From Thermoanaerobaculia bacterium (GTDB lineage Bacteria > Acidobacteriota > Thermoanaerobaculia > Multivoradales > JAHEKO01): a stretch of 64,000 bases of DNA. The notes beneath the pieces are model-generated. The model did no database searches. It worked only from the letters and a program-made list of their open reading frames with translations, and had not been told where the DNA came from. The stretch lies in assembly GCA_049678185.1 (NCBI GenBank), contig JBAUDS010000369.1:354-64353 (forward strand). Direction: 5' to 3'. The position numbers and the translations under genes are program-made. Positions 50,084 to 59,568 of the stretch are shown here, piece after piece. The number at the start of each line of letters is the position of its first letter. Position 1 is the first letter of the stretch.

Positions 50084-51841
50084 ATGGCGGTAGGCAACCG
50101 GGTGTGGAGTCCGGCAGTAGGCGCTCTGCTTGCCCTGCTGGCGGGAGCGGCGGACAGGGCAACGCCCGCCGATCTCTTTGCCGACAGGACGGCCGCGGTC
50201 GGGCTCGACTTCATCCATTTCAACGGCATGACGGGCCGCTTCTACATGCCCGAGAACATGGGTGCCGGGGGTGCGCTCTTCGACTTCGACAACGATGGTG
50301 ACCTCGACCTCTATCTGATCCAGGGGTCTTTGATGGGCCCCGATGTCAGCCTCGAGGATGCCGTCGAGCCGCCTCACCACCCGCTGCCTTTGACCGATCG
50401 GCTCTACCGCAACGATCTCTCGCTCGACGCCGAAGGGCGAGTCGTCGTTCGATTTGCGGACGTCACCGACAGCGCGGCTCTACCACCGGCCGGTCACGGC
50501 ATGGGAGCGGCCACCGGCGATTACGACAACGACGGCTGGATCGATCTCTATCTCACCCGTTTCGGCTCCAACCTCCTGCTGCGCAACCGGGGTGACGGGA
50601 CGTTCGAGGACATCACCGACAGCGCCGGTGTCGACGATCCACGTTGGAGCGTGCCGGCGGTGTTCTTCGATTTCGACCGCGACGGCTGGCTCGATCTCTT
50701 TGTCGGCAACTACCTCGACTTTAGCTGGGCCAAGAAGGTTCCCTGCACCACCCGCGCCGGGGCTGCCGACTACTGCGACCCATGGGCCTACGACACCGTG
50801 GGCGATCGACTCTTTCGCAACCGTGGGGACGGCACCTTCGAGGATGTCACTCGGACGGCCGGTCTCGACACCGTTGCGGGAAGGGGTCTGGGGGCGGTGG
50901 CCTTCGACGCCGACGGTGACGGCTGGCTGGATCTCTACGTGGCCAATGACCGCACACCCAACCAGCTGTGGCGCAACCGTGGGGATGGCACCTTCTTTGA
51001 TGATGTTCTCGCTGGGGCCGCGGTCAACGGCGAGGGGCTGGCCGAAGCCTCGATGGGCGTTGATGCGGGCGATGCCGACGGCGACGGCGATCTCGACTTG
51101 GTGATGGGACACTTTACCGGCGAGACCCATACCCTCTTTGTCAATGTCGGTGACGGTCTATTCGAGGATCGAACGGTGCGATCGGGTCTGGCCGCTCCGA
51201 CCCTGGCCGCCAACGGCTTTGGCACCGGTTGGCTGGACATCGACAACGACGGTCGTCTCGATCTGCTGGTGGTCAACGGCGCCGTTCGAGCTCTCGACCG
51301 GCTGGTACAGCAGGGTGACCGCTATCCCTATCACCAACCCAACCAGCTCTTTCGCGGGCGTGGGGACGGCTCCTTCGAAGAGGTCACCTCGATCGCCGGC
51401 AGCGTCTTTGGCGAGTCCGCGGTGAGCCGGGGCGCACTGTTTGGCGACCTCGACAACGACGGCGACACCGACGTCGTGGTCACCAACAACAGCGGTCCGG
51501 CCCGTGTTCTTCTCAACCAGATGGGACAGCAACAAACCTGGGCGGGTTTGAGATTGGTGACCGGAGTGGCAGGCACACCCCGTGACGCGCTGGGTGGTCT
51601 TGTCGGCATCAAGCGCTCCGGCGACTCGACGCTGTGGCGACGTGTCGGGAGCGACGGCAGCTACGCCGCGGCCCACGACGCACGAGTGCTGTTCGGTCTT
51701 GGCGCTGGCCCGGACCCCCGTCCGACGGCGCGGATCCGGTGGCCGGACGGGCGATGGGAGCACATCGAGCACCTGCCCAGCGGGCACTACTCGACCGTGC
51801 CGCAAGGTAGCAGCCCGACCGCGAGGAGACGGACACCATGA
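50084..51841 (+). CDS. CRTAC1-family protein (FG-GAP/VCBS repeats plus ASPIC/UnbV C-terminal domain).
   Basis: Signal peptide. At least 7 FG-GAP-like repeats (FDFDNDGDLDLY, YDNDGWIDLY, FDFDRDGWLDLF, FDADGDGWLDLY, GDADGDGDLDLV, DIDNDGRLDLL, GDLDNDGDTDVV), each followed by a NRGDGTFEDxT unit. C-terminal UnbV_ASPIC-like segment (RIRWPDGRWE). Confidence 0.8.
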   Translation: MAVGNRVWSPAVGALLALLAGAADRATPADLFADRTAAVGLDFIHFNGMTGRFYMPENMGAGGALFDFDNDGDLDLYLIQGSLMGPDVSLEDAVEPPHHPLPLTDRLYRNDLSLDAEGRVVVRFADVTDSAALPPAGHGMGAATGDYDNDGWIDLYLTRFGSNLLLRNRGDGTFEDITDSAGVDDPRWSVPAVFFDFDRDGWLDLFVGNYLDFSWAKKVPCTTRAGAADYCDPWAYDTVGDRLFRNRGDGTFEDVTRTAGLDTVAGRGLGAVAFDADGDGWLDLYVANDRTPNQLWRNRGDGTFFDDVLAGAAVNGEGLAEASMGVDAGDADGDGDLDLVMGHFTGETHTLFVNVGDGLFEDRTVRSGLAAPTLAANGFGTGWLDIDNDGRLDLLVVNGAVRALDRLVQQGDRYPYHQPNQLFRGRGDGSFEEVTSIAGSVFGESAVSRGALFGDLDNDGDTDVVVTNNSGPARVLLNQMGQQQTWAGLRLVTGVAGTPRDALGGLVGIKRSGDSTLWRRVGSDGSYAAAHDARVLFGLGAGPDPRPTARIRWPDGRWEHIEHLPSGHYSTVPQGSSPTARRRTP

Positions 51842-53070
51842 GATTGTGGTCGACCCTCGGTGCTCTTTTGCTTGCCAGCGCCGTGCCGGCGGCCGCGGAG
51901 AGGGCCGCGCTCGAACCCGTCCCCCTGCCCGCCGCCGGCGCGGCCGAGAGCTTTGTCTACCAGGAGATCCGGGATGCGCATGAGGCGGTGACGGCTCTGG
52001 CACAGAGGGAGACGGCCGAGCCGATGGTGGTGGCCCAGGGATTTGCCGAGCTGGGACAGCTCTACGCCGCCTACGAGTTGTGGGATCCGGCCGGATCGAG
52101 TCTCCGCAACGCCACCACCCTGGCGAGCGGAGCGGCCGGTTGGTGGTATCTGCTCGGCTATGTCGAGCAGAGGCGCGGAGGTCTGCAGGAGGCCGCGTCG
52201 GCTTTCGAGCAGGCCTCGCGGCTCGACCCGGAGAACGCAGCCATCTGGCTCCGTCTGGGCGAGACGGAGCTGCTGATGGGTGCGGATGAGGCTGCCACGA
52301 CCGCTTTCTCCCGCGCCCTCGCCAGTCCCGCGCATGCCGCCGCGGCCCACTTCGGCCTGGGCCGTCTGGCAGTGCGCGCCGGTGATACCGCCACCGCCGT
52401 CGAACAGCTGGTCCAGGCGCTCGACCTCCAACCCACGGCCACTCAGATCCACTACCCTCTGGCCCAGATCTATCGCCGTCAGAACCGGCTGGAGCTGGCG
52501 CAGAGCCACCTCGAGCTTCAGGGCACGGGACAGGTGTTATTCGAAGATCCGTGGGTCGAGGATCTTTCACGCCGGGGTCTCGGCGCCGCGGCCCAGCATC
52601 TGCGGGGAGACCGTGCGGCCATCGACGGCCGTTTCTCCGAGGCCGTCGCGGCCTATCGGGAGGCGGTGGCCGCCGATCCGCAGAGCATCTTCTACCGGCG
52701 CTCGCTGGGGCTGGCCCTTTTCCAGACCGGCGACATCGAGGGCGCTGCGCGCGAGCTCGAGACCGCACTCACCCTCTCCCCCGGGCTATCGCCGGCGCAG
52801 CGCGATTATTGGGGTGCCGAGATCCGGTACAACCTGGCCGGGCTCGCGGTCTACCGGGGTGACCTCGAGCGCGCGATCGAGCTCCACCGGTCGGTGATCG
52901 CTCTCGATCCCGGGCACGCCGGTGCGCACCTCTATCTGGGAGATCTCTTGCTCAAGAGTGGAAACAGGGAGGAGGCGGTGGTCAATCTGCGGCGGGCGGT
53001 GGAGCTCGACCCCGACGATCCCCGAGCCCGGCAGCTGCTCGAGCGCGCCCTGCCCCAGGTCGATCGCTAG
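51838..53070 (+). CDS. TPR-repeat protein with a signal peptide.
   Basis: Multiple TPR units (AWLRLGETELLMG..., HFGLGRLAVRAGDTATAVEQLVQALDLQP, YPLAQIYRRQNRLELA..., AHLYLGDLLLKSGNREEAVVNLRRAVELDP). Its ATG overlaps the CRTAC1 stop (ATGA). Confidence 0.75.
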   Translation: MRLWSTLGALLLASAVPAAAERAALEPVPLPAAGAAESFVYQEIRDAHEAVTALAQRETAEPMVVAQGFAELGQLYAAYELWDPAGSSLRNATTLASGAAGWWYLLGYVEQRRGGLQEAASAFEQASRLDPENAAIWLRLGETELLMGADEAATTAFSRALASPAHAAAAHFGLGRLAVRAGDTATAVEQLVQALDLQPTATQIHYPLAQIYRRQNRLELAQSHLELQGTGQVLFEDPWVEDLSRRGLGAAAQHLRGDRAAIDGRFSEAVAAYREAVAADPQSIFYRRSLGLALFQTGDIEGAARELETALTLSPGLSPAQRDYWGAEIRYNLAGLAVYRGDLERAIELHRSVIALDPGHAGAHLYLGDLLLKSGNREEAVVNLRRAVELDPDDPRARQLLERALPQVDR

Positions 53071-53114
53071 GAGCCCGTAACGCAACTGCGCGGGTTACTC
53101 GGACGGGCTCCTAG
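53067..53114. terminator. Bidirectional terminator-like palindrome between convergent operons (CTAGGAGCCCGT ... ACGGGCTCCTAG).
   Basis: A 12-bp perfect inverted repeat with a 24-nt structured loop. The TAG stop codons of both convergent genes (TPR at 53068-70, anti-sigma at 53111-13) sit inside the CTAG ends of the arms. No T-tract follows. Confidence 0.45.
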
Positions 53115-54322
53115 CGGACGAGATCGGCGAGTGAGCGCAGCGAATCGCTGCTGACCTCACCCCAGAGAATGAGCAGGTAACCCTCGCTATCGCGCCAGCG
53201 ATAGGACTTCAGGCCGGAAGGCTGGACGACCAGAGTAGGCTCGGCCGGCACCGTGGCCCTGTCACCGGGCGATAACAGCTGCTGGAGGAGCACGATCTCG
53301 TGGCCGGCCGCATCGAGGTAGACCATCTTGACGACCGGGAGATGGTCGAGACCGCCCTCTACTCCACTCCCCGGCACCACCTCCACCCGCCGAAGATCGA
53401 GATCGGGGAGCGTCCGCAATGGGCCGCCCAGCCGGCTCGCCGCATCATCCGGATCGGTGGCGATGGAGATTACAAAATCCGCTGCTGGCGGGGTGGGCTC
53501 AGGCGCCGGCGGCGGCTGTGCAGCCCGCATCTTGGCCCTTGCGGGAGCCGCGCTCTCGGGTCGGACCTCCTCGAGCTGCGACCGCAGCTCGGCTCCTTCC
53601 GCACCCGCCTCGAGCTCGGCCAGCAGGCGGCTCTCCTCCTCGGCCGGCACGATTTCTCCCGAGCCCTTCTGGTCGAGCTCGGTATCGGCTCTCGACCCGT
53701 CTGGGACATCCACCTCGGTTTCGGCAGCGACGGCCGCAATACCCTCCGCGCTTGTGGTCGCGGCCGGCTCCGGTTTCGACTGGAACGCCATTTCCGGTGC
53801 TTCGTCCTCCCCGGCCCTGCCGAGCTGCTCCTCGACCGCCAGAGGTTTGTCTTCGGCCGGCTTCTCCAATTCGCTGCCAAGATTCCCCTCGGCAATAGAA
53901 TCTCGATCCTCTTTCTTCTCCGCCAGATCGACGGACGCGACAGGCGACTGGGCTGGAGCCGCCATCTCGAAGGCGGCCCTGGGCGCACTCTTCCAGACGT
54001 TGCCCGACAACCAACCGATGCTAAAGGCCAAGAACACCGACGCTGCCCACGCCAGACCCGGCCGCAGCCAGGATCGGCGCTCCGGGATGGTCAATCTCTC
54101 CGCGGCCCGTTCCTCGAGCTCGCGCCAGGGGGGTGGCTGGACGGGGCCCGGCTCGAGCTTGGCTAGCAGCGCCGAGACACTGCGGCTGAGCGTGGTCACC
54201 TCCACCAGCCGCTCACGACACTCAATACAGGTCTCGAGGTGCCGCTCGACCTCCCGGCGCTCCTGCTCTTCGGTCTCGCCGTCGAGATAGGCTTCCAGGG
54301 CTCCCTCGTCAATGTGCGACAT
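53111..54322 (-). CDS. Anti-sigma factor with an N-terminal zf-HC2 (putative zinc-finger) domain, one TM, and an extracytoplasmic C-terminal domain.
   Basis: The N-terminus (MSHIDEGALEAYLDGETEEQERREVERHLETCIECRERL) is the canonical zf-HC2 anti-sigma motif. TM segment (AWAASVFLAFSIGWLSG). The start at 54322 has an AAGGAAG Shine-Dalgarno 8 nt upstream. It overlaps the sigma gene end by 14 nt. Confidence 0.7.
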   Translation of the reverse strand: MSHIDEGALEAYLDGETEEQERREVERHLETCIECRERLVEVTTLSRSVSALLAKLEPGPVQPPPWRELEERAAERLTIPERRSWLRPGLAWAASVFLAFSIGWLSGNVWKSAPRAAFEMAAPAQSPVASVDLAEKKEDRDSIAEGNLGSELEKPAEDKPLAVEEQLGRAGEDEAPEMAFQSKPEPAATTSAEGIAAVAAETEVDVPDGSRADTELDQKGSGEIVPAEEESRLLAELEAGAEGAELRSQLEEVRPESAAPARAKMRAAQPPPAPEPTPPAADFVISIATDPDDAASRLGGPLRTLPDLDLRRVEVVPGSGVEGGLDHLPVVKMVYLDAAGHEIVLLQQLLSPGDRATVPAEPTLVVQPSGLKSYRWRDSEGYLLILWGEVSSDSLRSLADLVR

Positions 54323-54818
54323 CTTGATCACTTCCTTTGCTCTCGAGCCTCGTATAGGCCTCTGCCAGCCGGCTCCGTGCGCGCGACAGGGTGGTGCCGA
54401 TCGAGCCTCGAGATAGATCCAGTATGCCAGCGATCTCGTCGTAGGACAGCCCCTCCTCCCAGAGGAGCAGGGCCTCGCGATCTCGCTTCTTGAGCTCCGC
54501 CAGCGCGGTCTGCACCTGGCGGACAGTCTCTTGTCTTTCCAGCGCCACCTCGGGCCCCGGCACCGCCGGTTCGGACTTGGCCTCGGCCTTGATCAGGGTC
54601 AGATGATGTCTCCTCACCGAGCCGCGGCGCCCCTCGTCCCTGGCCAGGTTTGCGGCCACGGCAAACAGCCAGGCCCGGGGCTTGTCTGGTTGATGCTCGA
54701 TGGCGCGCACAAAAGCCTCCTGGGCCAGGTCCTCGGCGCGAGCCTGGTCGCCGATCCGCCGGTAGAGAAAGCGGACCAGCGACCGGTAGTGCTCGCGGTA
54801 GAGCTGGTGTAGATCCAA
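54309..54818 (-). CDS. ECF-subfamily sigma-70 factor.
   Basis: Region 2 (LVRFLYRRIGDQARAEDLAQEAFVRAI) and region 4 (LLLWEEGLSYDEIAGILDLSRGSIGTTLSRARSRL). Confidence 0.85.
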   Translation of the reverse strand: MDLHQLYREHYRSLVRFLYRRIGDQARAEDLAQEAFVRAIEHQPDKPRAWLFAVAANLARDEGRRGSVRRHHLTLIKAEAKSEPAVPGPEVALERQETVRQVQTALAELKKRDREALLLWEEGLSYDEIAGILDLSRGSIGTTLSRARSRLAEAYTRLESKGSDQDVAH

Positions 54819-54854
54819 CCGTTGTCTCCTTGCTTCGGGCTTCAGGACGGGGGC

Positions 54855-57089
54855 TCACAGGCTTCCGTCCAGACCCTCCACGACGGCCTCGAGTTCGGAG
54901 GAGCTCAGCTTGGTGACACCGCCGGCAGACAGCTCGAGTGCCACTCCCTCACCGACGATAACCAACCGATCGCTCAACGCGAAGTAGGTCTTGAGCGCCG
55001 GTAGCCGCCGCACCAGCTCGAAGTAGGCCTGGCTGTAGGGCGCCACCTCGATGGTGCGCAGCCCGGCCTCGAAGCCCACGTCGGTCCACACGCCGTCACG
55101 GAGGACAAAGGCCCGCCGACCGATCTGCCGCGCCGCGCCGGGGAGGACGCTGTCCCCCGTCAGGCTATCAGCATCATCCAGCCGGTCCACCTCGCGCATG
55201 AGGCTGCTCTTGGCGGCGCTTTCAAAGGCCACCGCACCGGTCTGGTCACGAGGGGCGGGCGACGCCAACATCGGCCTTCTTCTGGGCAAAGGCTCCCGAA
55301 GACCCACGGCCAACATCGGCTCCTCGACCAGGTAGGAGGTGTACTCGGTGATGATGCCGTAGCGCAGACCGAGCTGGCGGATCTCTTCGACCAGCTCGGG
55401 GTTGGGGCCGTGCAACCGCACCTGAGCCGTCAAGGCGCCCGCCTTTCTCGCCGCCCACAATCGCGGGATGAAGTCGTTCTCGTTCTCGCGTCGGGGGAGC
55501 TCCACCTGGTAGCGGAAGCGTTGCGTCTCCCCGGCTCTCGAGCCCTCCACCACCAGCTCACCGGCACCGTGTCCCCGATAACGCCCAAACAGTACCAGCT
55601 CCTCGCCAAAGAACAGATCGGGCAGGGTGCCCGGATAGTGGTCCTCGAGCTCCACCGGAGCACGCACGATGCGGAGATCGGAGAGGGCCGGGTGGCCGAT
55701 CTTGCGGGTCAGCGAGAAGACCGCTTCTTCGACGTCGTCTCCCGGGCGGACATAGCTGACCGTGCCACGGCCGCCAGCCGCCATCCGGTCGAGCAGATAG
55801 GTGTTGACGTCGTAGCCGACACCAAAGGCAAAGACCCGCTCGCCGTCCCGCAGCCGCTCCACTTCACGAGCGATCCGTTCGGGATCTGTTTCGCCGATCG
55901 TCGGCTTGCCGTCGGTGAGAAAGACGATTAGTGAGAGCCGTCCTCTTTCGACCTCCGGTGCCAGCGCCTCGCGCAGGGCGTCGATGACGTTGGTGCTGCC
56001 CTCGGCCCGCACTCCGTAGAGAAAGTCGCGGGCGTCGTCGATCATCCCCCGGTCCGCACGCACGAACTCTCGGCGAAACGACCGCACTCCGCTGCTGAAG
56101 GTGATGAGCCGGAACCGATCCTCGCGTCGCAGGCCGCCCAGAATCTGGTCCATGGCGTCCCGAGCCTGCTCGAGCTTGCCACCTGACATCGAGCCGGAGA
56201 CGTCGCAGACCAGGGTTACGTCACGTGGAATCTGGACCTCCTCCCCCACCGCCGGCGGCGAGAGCAACAACATGAAGTAGCCGTCCTCACCGCTGCCGGC
56301 ATGCGCAACCAGACTGGCGCCGACCAGCGCCTCGCGCAGTGGCAGAAAGAGCTCGAAATCACGGCTGTCGCCCTCGCTGCGGTGGGCGATCTCGATCTCG
56401 TCCCGGCGCCGCTCGCGCACCTCGATGGCGTGGGTGGGTGAGTACGGGGTGGAAAAACGGGCGGCGTTTGGCACACGGACCGTCAGCGTGAACGGCTGAG
56501 AGGCCTCCGGTCGGCGTGGGGGTGAGAAGACCTCGCGCGTCTCGGTGCCGGGGAGGATGCCGACGATGCGCGGATAGCGCAGTCGCAAGGTGTCGCCATC
56601 GCGGCCCAACACCTGGGTGTAGCGCAAGATCACCCGCCGTGAATCGCCCGGCTCGATGGGAAAGACACGCGCCCGCAGTACGCCGTGGCCGACCAGCTCG
56701 ATCAGTGCCGGGTCCTTCTTGCGCCGAACGATCTCCTCATAGATCTTGCGCGCCTCCTCGGCCGACAAGACCTCACCCTTGAGCTCCTGATCACCCATGA
56801 ACAGAGAGAAGTTGGTAAACACAGCCGACGACGGAATCGGATAGAGATAGTCCCCCTCCGCGAGCCCGTGCGAGCGGTTGCGAAAGACCTCCTCCACCTC
56901 CACCCGGGCGACCCGGCTCTCACCGTCGACGGTGACCCGGACATCGCTCCGCACCCGCTCGACTTGAAATGTCGGGCCCCAACGGTCTCGCGGCTCGATC
57001 CACCCCTGCGCCAGACCGGCGCCGGCGGTGGTAAGCAAGGCAAGCCCGATCAGCATGGCCGCCGGAACAGTCGTGTTTTTCGATGGCAT
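54855..57089 (-). CDS. Secreted VIT (vault inter-alpha-trypsin) plus VWA domain protein.
   Basis: Signal peptide (MPSKNTTVPAAMLIGLALLTTAGAG). N-terminal VIT-like domain (RVARVEVEEVFRNRSHGLAEGDYLYPIP...). VWA with MIDAS (VTLVCDVSGSMSG ... STNVIDAL ... LIVFLTDGKPT). GGGAGGG Shine-Dalgarno before the ATG at 57089. Sits upstream of the sigma/anti-sigma genes in the same orientation. Confidence 0.8.
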   Translation of the reverse strand: MPSKNTTVPAAMLIGLALLTTAGAGLAQGWIEPRDRWGPTFQVERVRSDVRVTVDGESRVARVEVEEVFRNRSHGLAEGDYLYPIPSSAVFTNFSLFMGDQELKGEVLSAEEARKIYEEIVRRKKDPALIELVGHGVLRARVFPIEPGDSRRVILRYTQVLGRDGDTLRLRYPRIVGILPGTETREVFSPPRRPEASQPFTLTVRVPNAARFSTPYSPTHAIEVRERRRDEIEIAHRSEGDSRDFELFLPLREALVGASLVAHAGSGEDGYFMLLLSPPAVGEEVQIPRDVTLVCDVSGSMSGGKLEQARDAMDQILGGLRREDRFRLITFSSGVRSFRREFVRADRGMIDDARDFLYGVRAEGSTNVIDALREALAPEVERGRLSLIVFLTDGKPTIGETDPERIAREVERLRDGERVFAFGVGYDVNTYLLDRMAAGGRGTVSYVRPGDDVEEAVFSLTRKIGHPALSDLRIVRAPVELEDHYPGTLPDLFFGEELVLFGRYRGHGAGELVVEGSRAGETQRFRYQVELPRRENENDFIPRLWAARKAGALTAQVRLHGPNPELVEEIRQLGLRYGIITEYTSYLVEEPMLAVGLREPLPRRRPMLASPAPRDQTGAVAFESAAKSSLMREVDRLDDADSLTGDSVLPGAARQIGRRAFVLRDGVWTDVGFEAGLRTIEVAPYSQAYFELVRRLPALKTYFALSDRLVIVGEGVALELSAGGVTKLSSSELEAVVEGLDGSL

Positions 57090-57304
57090 GTTTGTCCCTC
57101 CCAGGGTCTGTGGGATTCGAAATTCGGCTTCTATTGGAGGAGACGTGCGGGAAATCGGATCTTGCACAGAATCGAGAGCTCGTCGGCTCGACATACGAAG
57201 CGGCCGGCCTCCGTGCCGGCCGGGGCGGACGGAGGATCCGGGGGCCACGCCAGCGATCCAGTCAACGGCTAGAATCGAATAACCGGATGAATAGGAGAAT
57301 TGAG

Positions 57305-57865
57305 ATGCGAGTGCGAAGGTCCCTTGCGGTTTGCAGCGTCGTCACCGCCGTTCTACTGACTCTTGCCGGTGGAGCATGCGCTCAGCAGGCGGCAACTTCC
57401 GAGCCCAAGATGCCCGAGGGTTGGCCCGATCTGGTACGGAACCCGCGGATGCCCCGGGAGGGGGTGCTGAGCGGCGGCCAGCCGACCCCCGAACAGCTGG
57501 CGGCGGCCAAAGAGGCCGGCTTCGAGACGGTGATCAACATCCGGGTGCCGGGGGAGCCGGGCACCGACAGCGAGCGGGAGCTGGTCGAGAGCCTGGGAAT
57601 GACCTACGTTTCGCTGCCAGTGCAAGGAGCGGCCGGAATGACCGAGGAGAACGCCAAGGCGTTGGCGGTGGCGCTGGACGAGGCCGAGCAGCCGGTCCTC
57701 CTCCACTGCGGCAGCGGCAACCGCATCGGCGGCCTCTTCGCGCTGATCGCCTACCACTACGACGACAAGACTATCGAGGAGGCCATGGCCTTTGGCAAGG
57801 AGGCCGGCCTGACAGGCCTCGAGCCGGTCGTGCGCGAGAAGCTGGAGAGCGTGGCAAGGGATTGA
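57305..57865 (+). CDS. DUF442 / beta-lactamase-hydrolase-like protein with a tyrosine-phosphatase-like Cys motif and a signal peptide.
   Basis: Signal peptide (MRVRRSLAVCSVVTAVLLTLAGGACA). Dual-specificity-phosphatase-like fold with an HCGSGNRIG P-loop. AGGAGA Shine-Dalgarno 7 nt before the ATG at 57305. Confidence 0.55.
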   Translation: MRVRRSLAVCSVVTAVLLTLAGGACAQQAATSEPKMPEGWPDLVRNPRMPREGVLSGGQPTPEQLAAAKEAGFETVINIRVPGEPGTDSERELVESLGMTYVSLPVQGAAGMTEENAKALAVALDEAEQPVLLHCGSGNRIGGLFALIAYHYDDKTIEEAMAFGKEAGLTGLEPVVREKLESVARD

Positions 57866-57949
57866 GGGCTACTTCAGGGCGCCTGCTTGCGTGACCCTCG
57901 GGTCTCCGCCACCCTCCCCGGCCGGCGCGCGGAGGCCGGCCGCTACGAC

Positions 57950-59476
57950 CTACGCGTCGAGCTTTGCTGGACGTAGCTCGGCGTCGACCTCTTCGCCGTA
58001 GCGGATGACGATGCCTGGCAACGCCTCGATGTCCGCGAGCGAGGTGCGGAAGTTGACGATGCAGGCGCGGAGCGCAAAGGTGCCGCCGGTCTCGGCGTTG
58101 GAGAGGAAGGCCTCGCCGCTGGCCTTGAGTTTTGCCAAGAGCTCCTCGTTGAGCTGGTTGAGATAGGTCTCGTCCGCCTCGATACCCGCTTCGAGTCCGC
58201 TGGGAACATAGCGGAAGGTGGTGATGCTCAACTCCTGGGTCATGGCCTGGAGCTCGGTCTCCTTTTCCACCCGGTGGTAAAGCTCACGCGCCAGCCGGAT
58301 GTCGTCGCCGATCATCTTGGCGTAGCCCGAGCGACCGACCTGGCGCAGACCAAGCCATACCTTGAGCGCCCGGAATCCACGCGAGTTCTGTAGACCCAGC
58401 TCGTAGAAATTGGTGCGGGGATCCTCCTCTTCGCCGGTGAAACGGTAGTAGGTGGGGGTGTAGCTGAAGGCGTCGGTGAGAGTCTTGGCCTCCCGCACCA
58501 GGACACAACCGGCCTCGAGCGGCGCATAGAGCCATTTGTGCGGATCCACCGCGATCGAGTCGGCCCGGCTCATGGCCGTCAGCTCCGCGGGAGCGTCGGG
58601 AGTGATGACCGCAAAGGCGCCATAGGCACCGTCGGCGTGGAACCAGAGATCGTGCTCCTCGGCCACATCGGCCATCTCGGCCAGCGGATCGACGGCGCCG
58701 GTGCTCACCGTCCCGGCGTTGCCAACGATGAGGAAGGGACGATCTCCCTGTCGCTTGTCCTCTTCGACCCGTTGCCGCAGAGCGCCCACATCGGCCCGCA
58801 GATCGGCGTCTACCGGGATCCAGCGGATGCTGTCGGTGCCGTGGCCAAAGAGATCCGTGGCCTTCTGCAACCAGGTGTGGGTCTCCAAGGAGGCGTAGGC
58901 CAGGAGTCTTCCCTTGCCCTCTTCGATGCCCCGTGCGCGAACACCCTCGCCGGTTTTGGCCCGTCGCGCGGCCAGAAAGCAGTGGAAGTTGGCCATGTTG
59001 CCACCGCTCACCAGCAGTCCGCCGGCGTCACTCGGGTAACCCAGCAGCTCGGCGATCCAACGCACCGACTGCCGCTCGATCTCGGAGGCGACGGGTGACA
59101 GTTGCCAGCCACCAAGATTCGGGTTGATCGCGGCCGCCAGCAGGTCGGCCAAGGCGCCGAGGGGTGCCGCCGAGGAGGTGATGTAGCCGAGGAAACGGGG
59201 GTGACCGTTGAAGAGTGAATGCTCGAAGAGGAGCGGTGTCACCTCGGCGAGCAGATCCTCGGCAGTCGACCCCTCCTCGGGAAGAGGGCCCTCGGGCAAG
59301 AGGGCTCTGACCTGGGTGGGAGACTCGTCCCGATTGACCGGGCGATCGGCCAGCGTCTCCAGAAAGGCGGCAATGTCGTCGACGAGTCGGTGACCAAGAT
59401 GGCGAAACTCCTCCGCGCTCATCTCCATGGGGGCGACCCGCCGACGAAGGTCGCTCTCAGACTTGGGGTTACTCAT
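57950..59476 (-). CDS. PLP-dependent group II decarboxylase (aromatic-L-amino-acid / glutamate / diaminobutyrate decarboxylase family).
   Basis: Pyridoxal-dependent decarboxylase conserved domain (GGNMANFHCFLAARR ... SIAVDPHKWLYAPLEAGCVLVR, with the PLP Lys in DPHKW). GAGGAG Shine-Dalgarno before the ATG at 59476. Confidence 0.85.
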   Translation of the reverse strand: MSNPKSESDLRRRVAPMEMSAEEFRHLGHRLVDDIAAFLETLADRPVNRDESPTQVRALLPEGPLPEEGSTAEDLLAEVTPLLFEHSLFNGHPRFLGYITSSAAPLGALADLLAAAINPNLGGWQLSPVASEIERQSVRWIAELLGYPSDAGGLLVSGGNMANFHCFLAARRAKTGEGVRARGIEEGKGRLLAYASLETHTWLQKATDLFGHGTDSIRWIPVDADLRADVGALRQRVEEDKRQGDRPFLIVGNAGTVSTGAVDPLAEMADVAEEHDLWFHADGAYGAFAVITPDAPAELTAMSRADSIAVDPHKWLYAPLEAGCVLVREAKTLTDAFSYTPTYYRFTGEEEDPRTNFYELGLQNSRGFRALKVWLGLRQVGRSGYAKMIGDDIRLARELYHRVEKETELQAMTQELSITTFRYVPSGLEAGIEADETYLNQLNEELLAKLKASGEAFLSNAETGGTFALRACIVNFRTSLADIEALPGIVIRYGEEVDAELRPAKLDA

Positions 59477-59568
59477 CTCACCAGCTCCTCTGTTGGTGGC
59501 TCCGATCTGCATGAGCTAGAATCAACCATCGCACCCGAAACCGGAAGATCACGATTGGCAGGAGCGCC

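Noticed and set aside
51158-52768. 536-aa minus-strand ORF spanning the CRTAC1/TPR gene junction.
   Set aside because: Arg/Pro-rich shadow ORF crossing two plus-strand genes.
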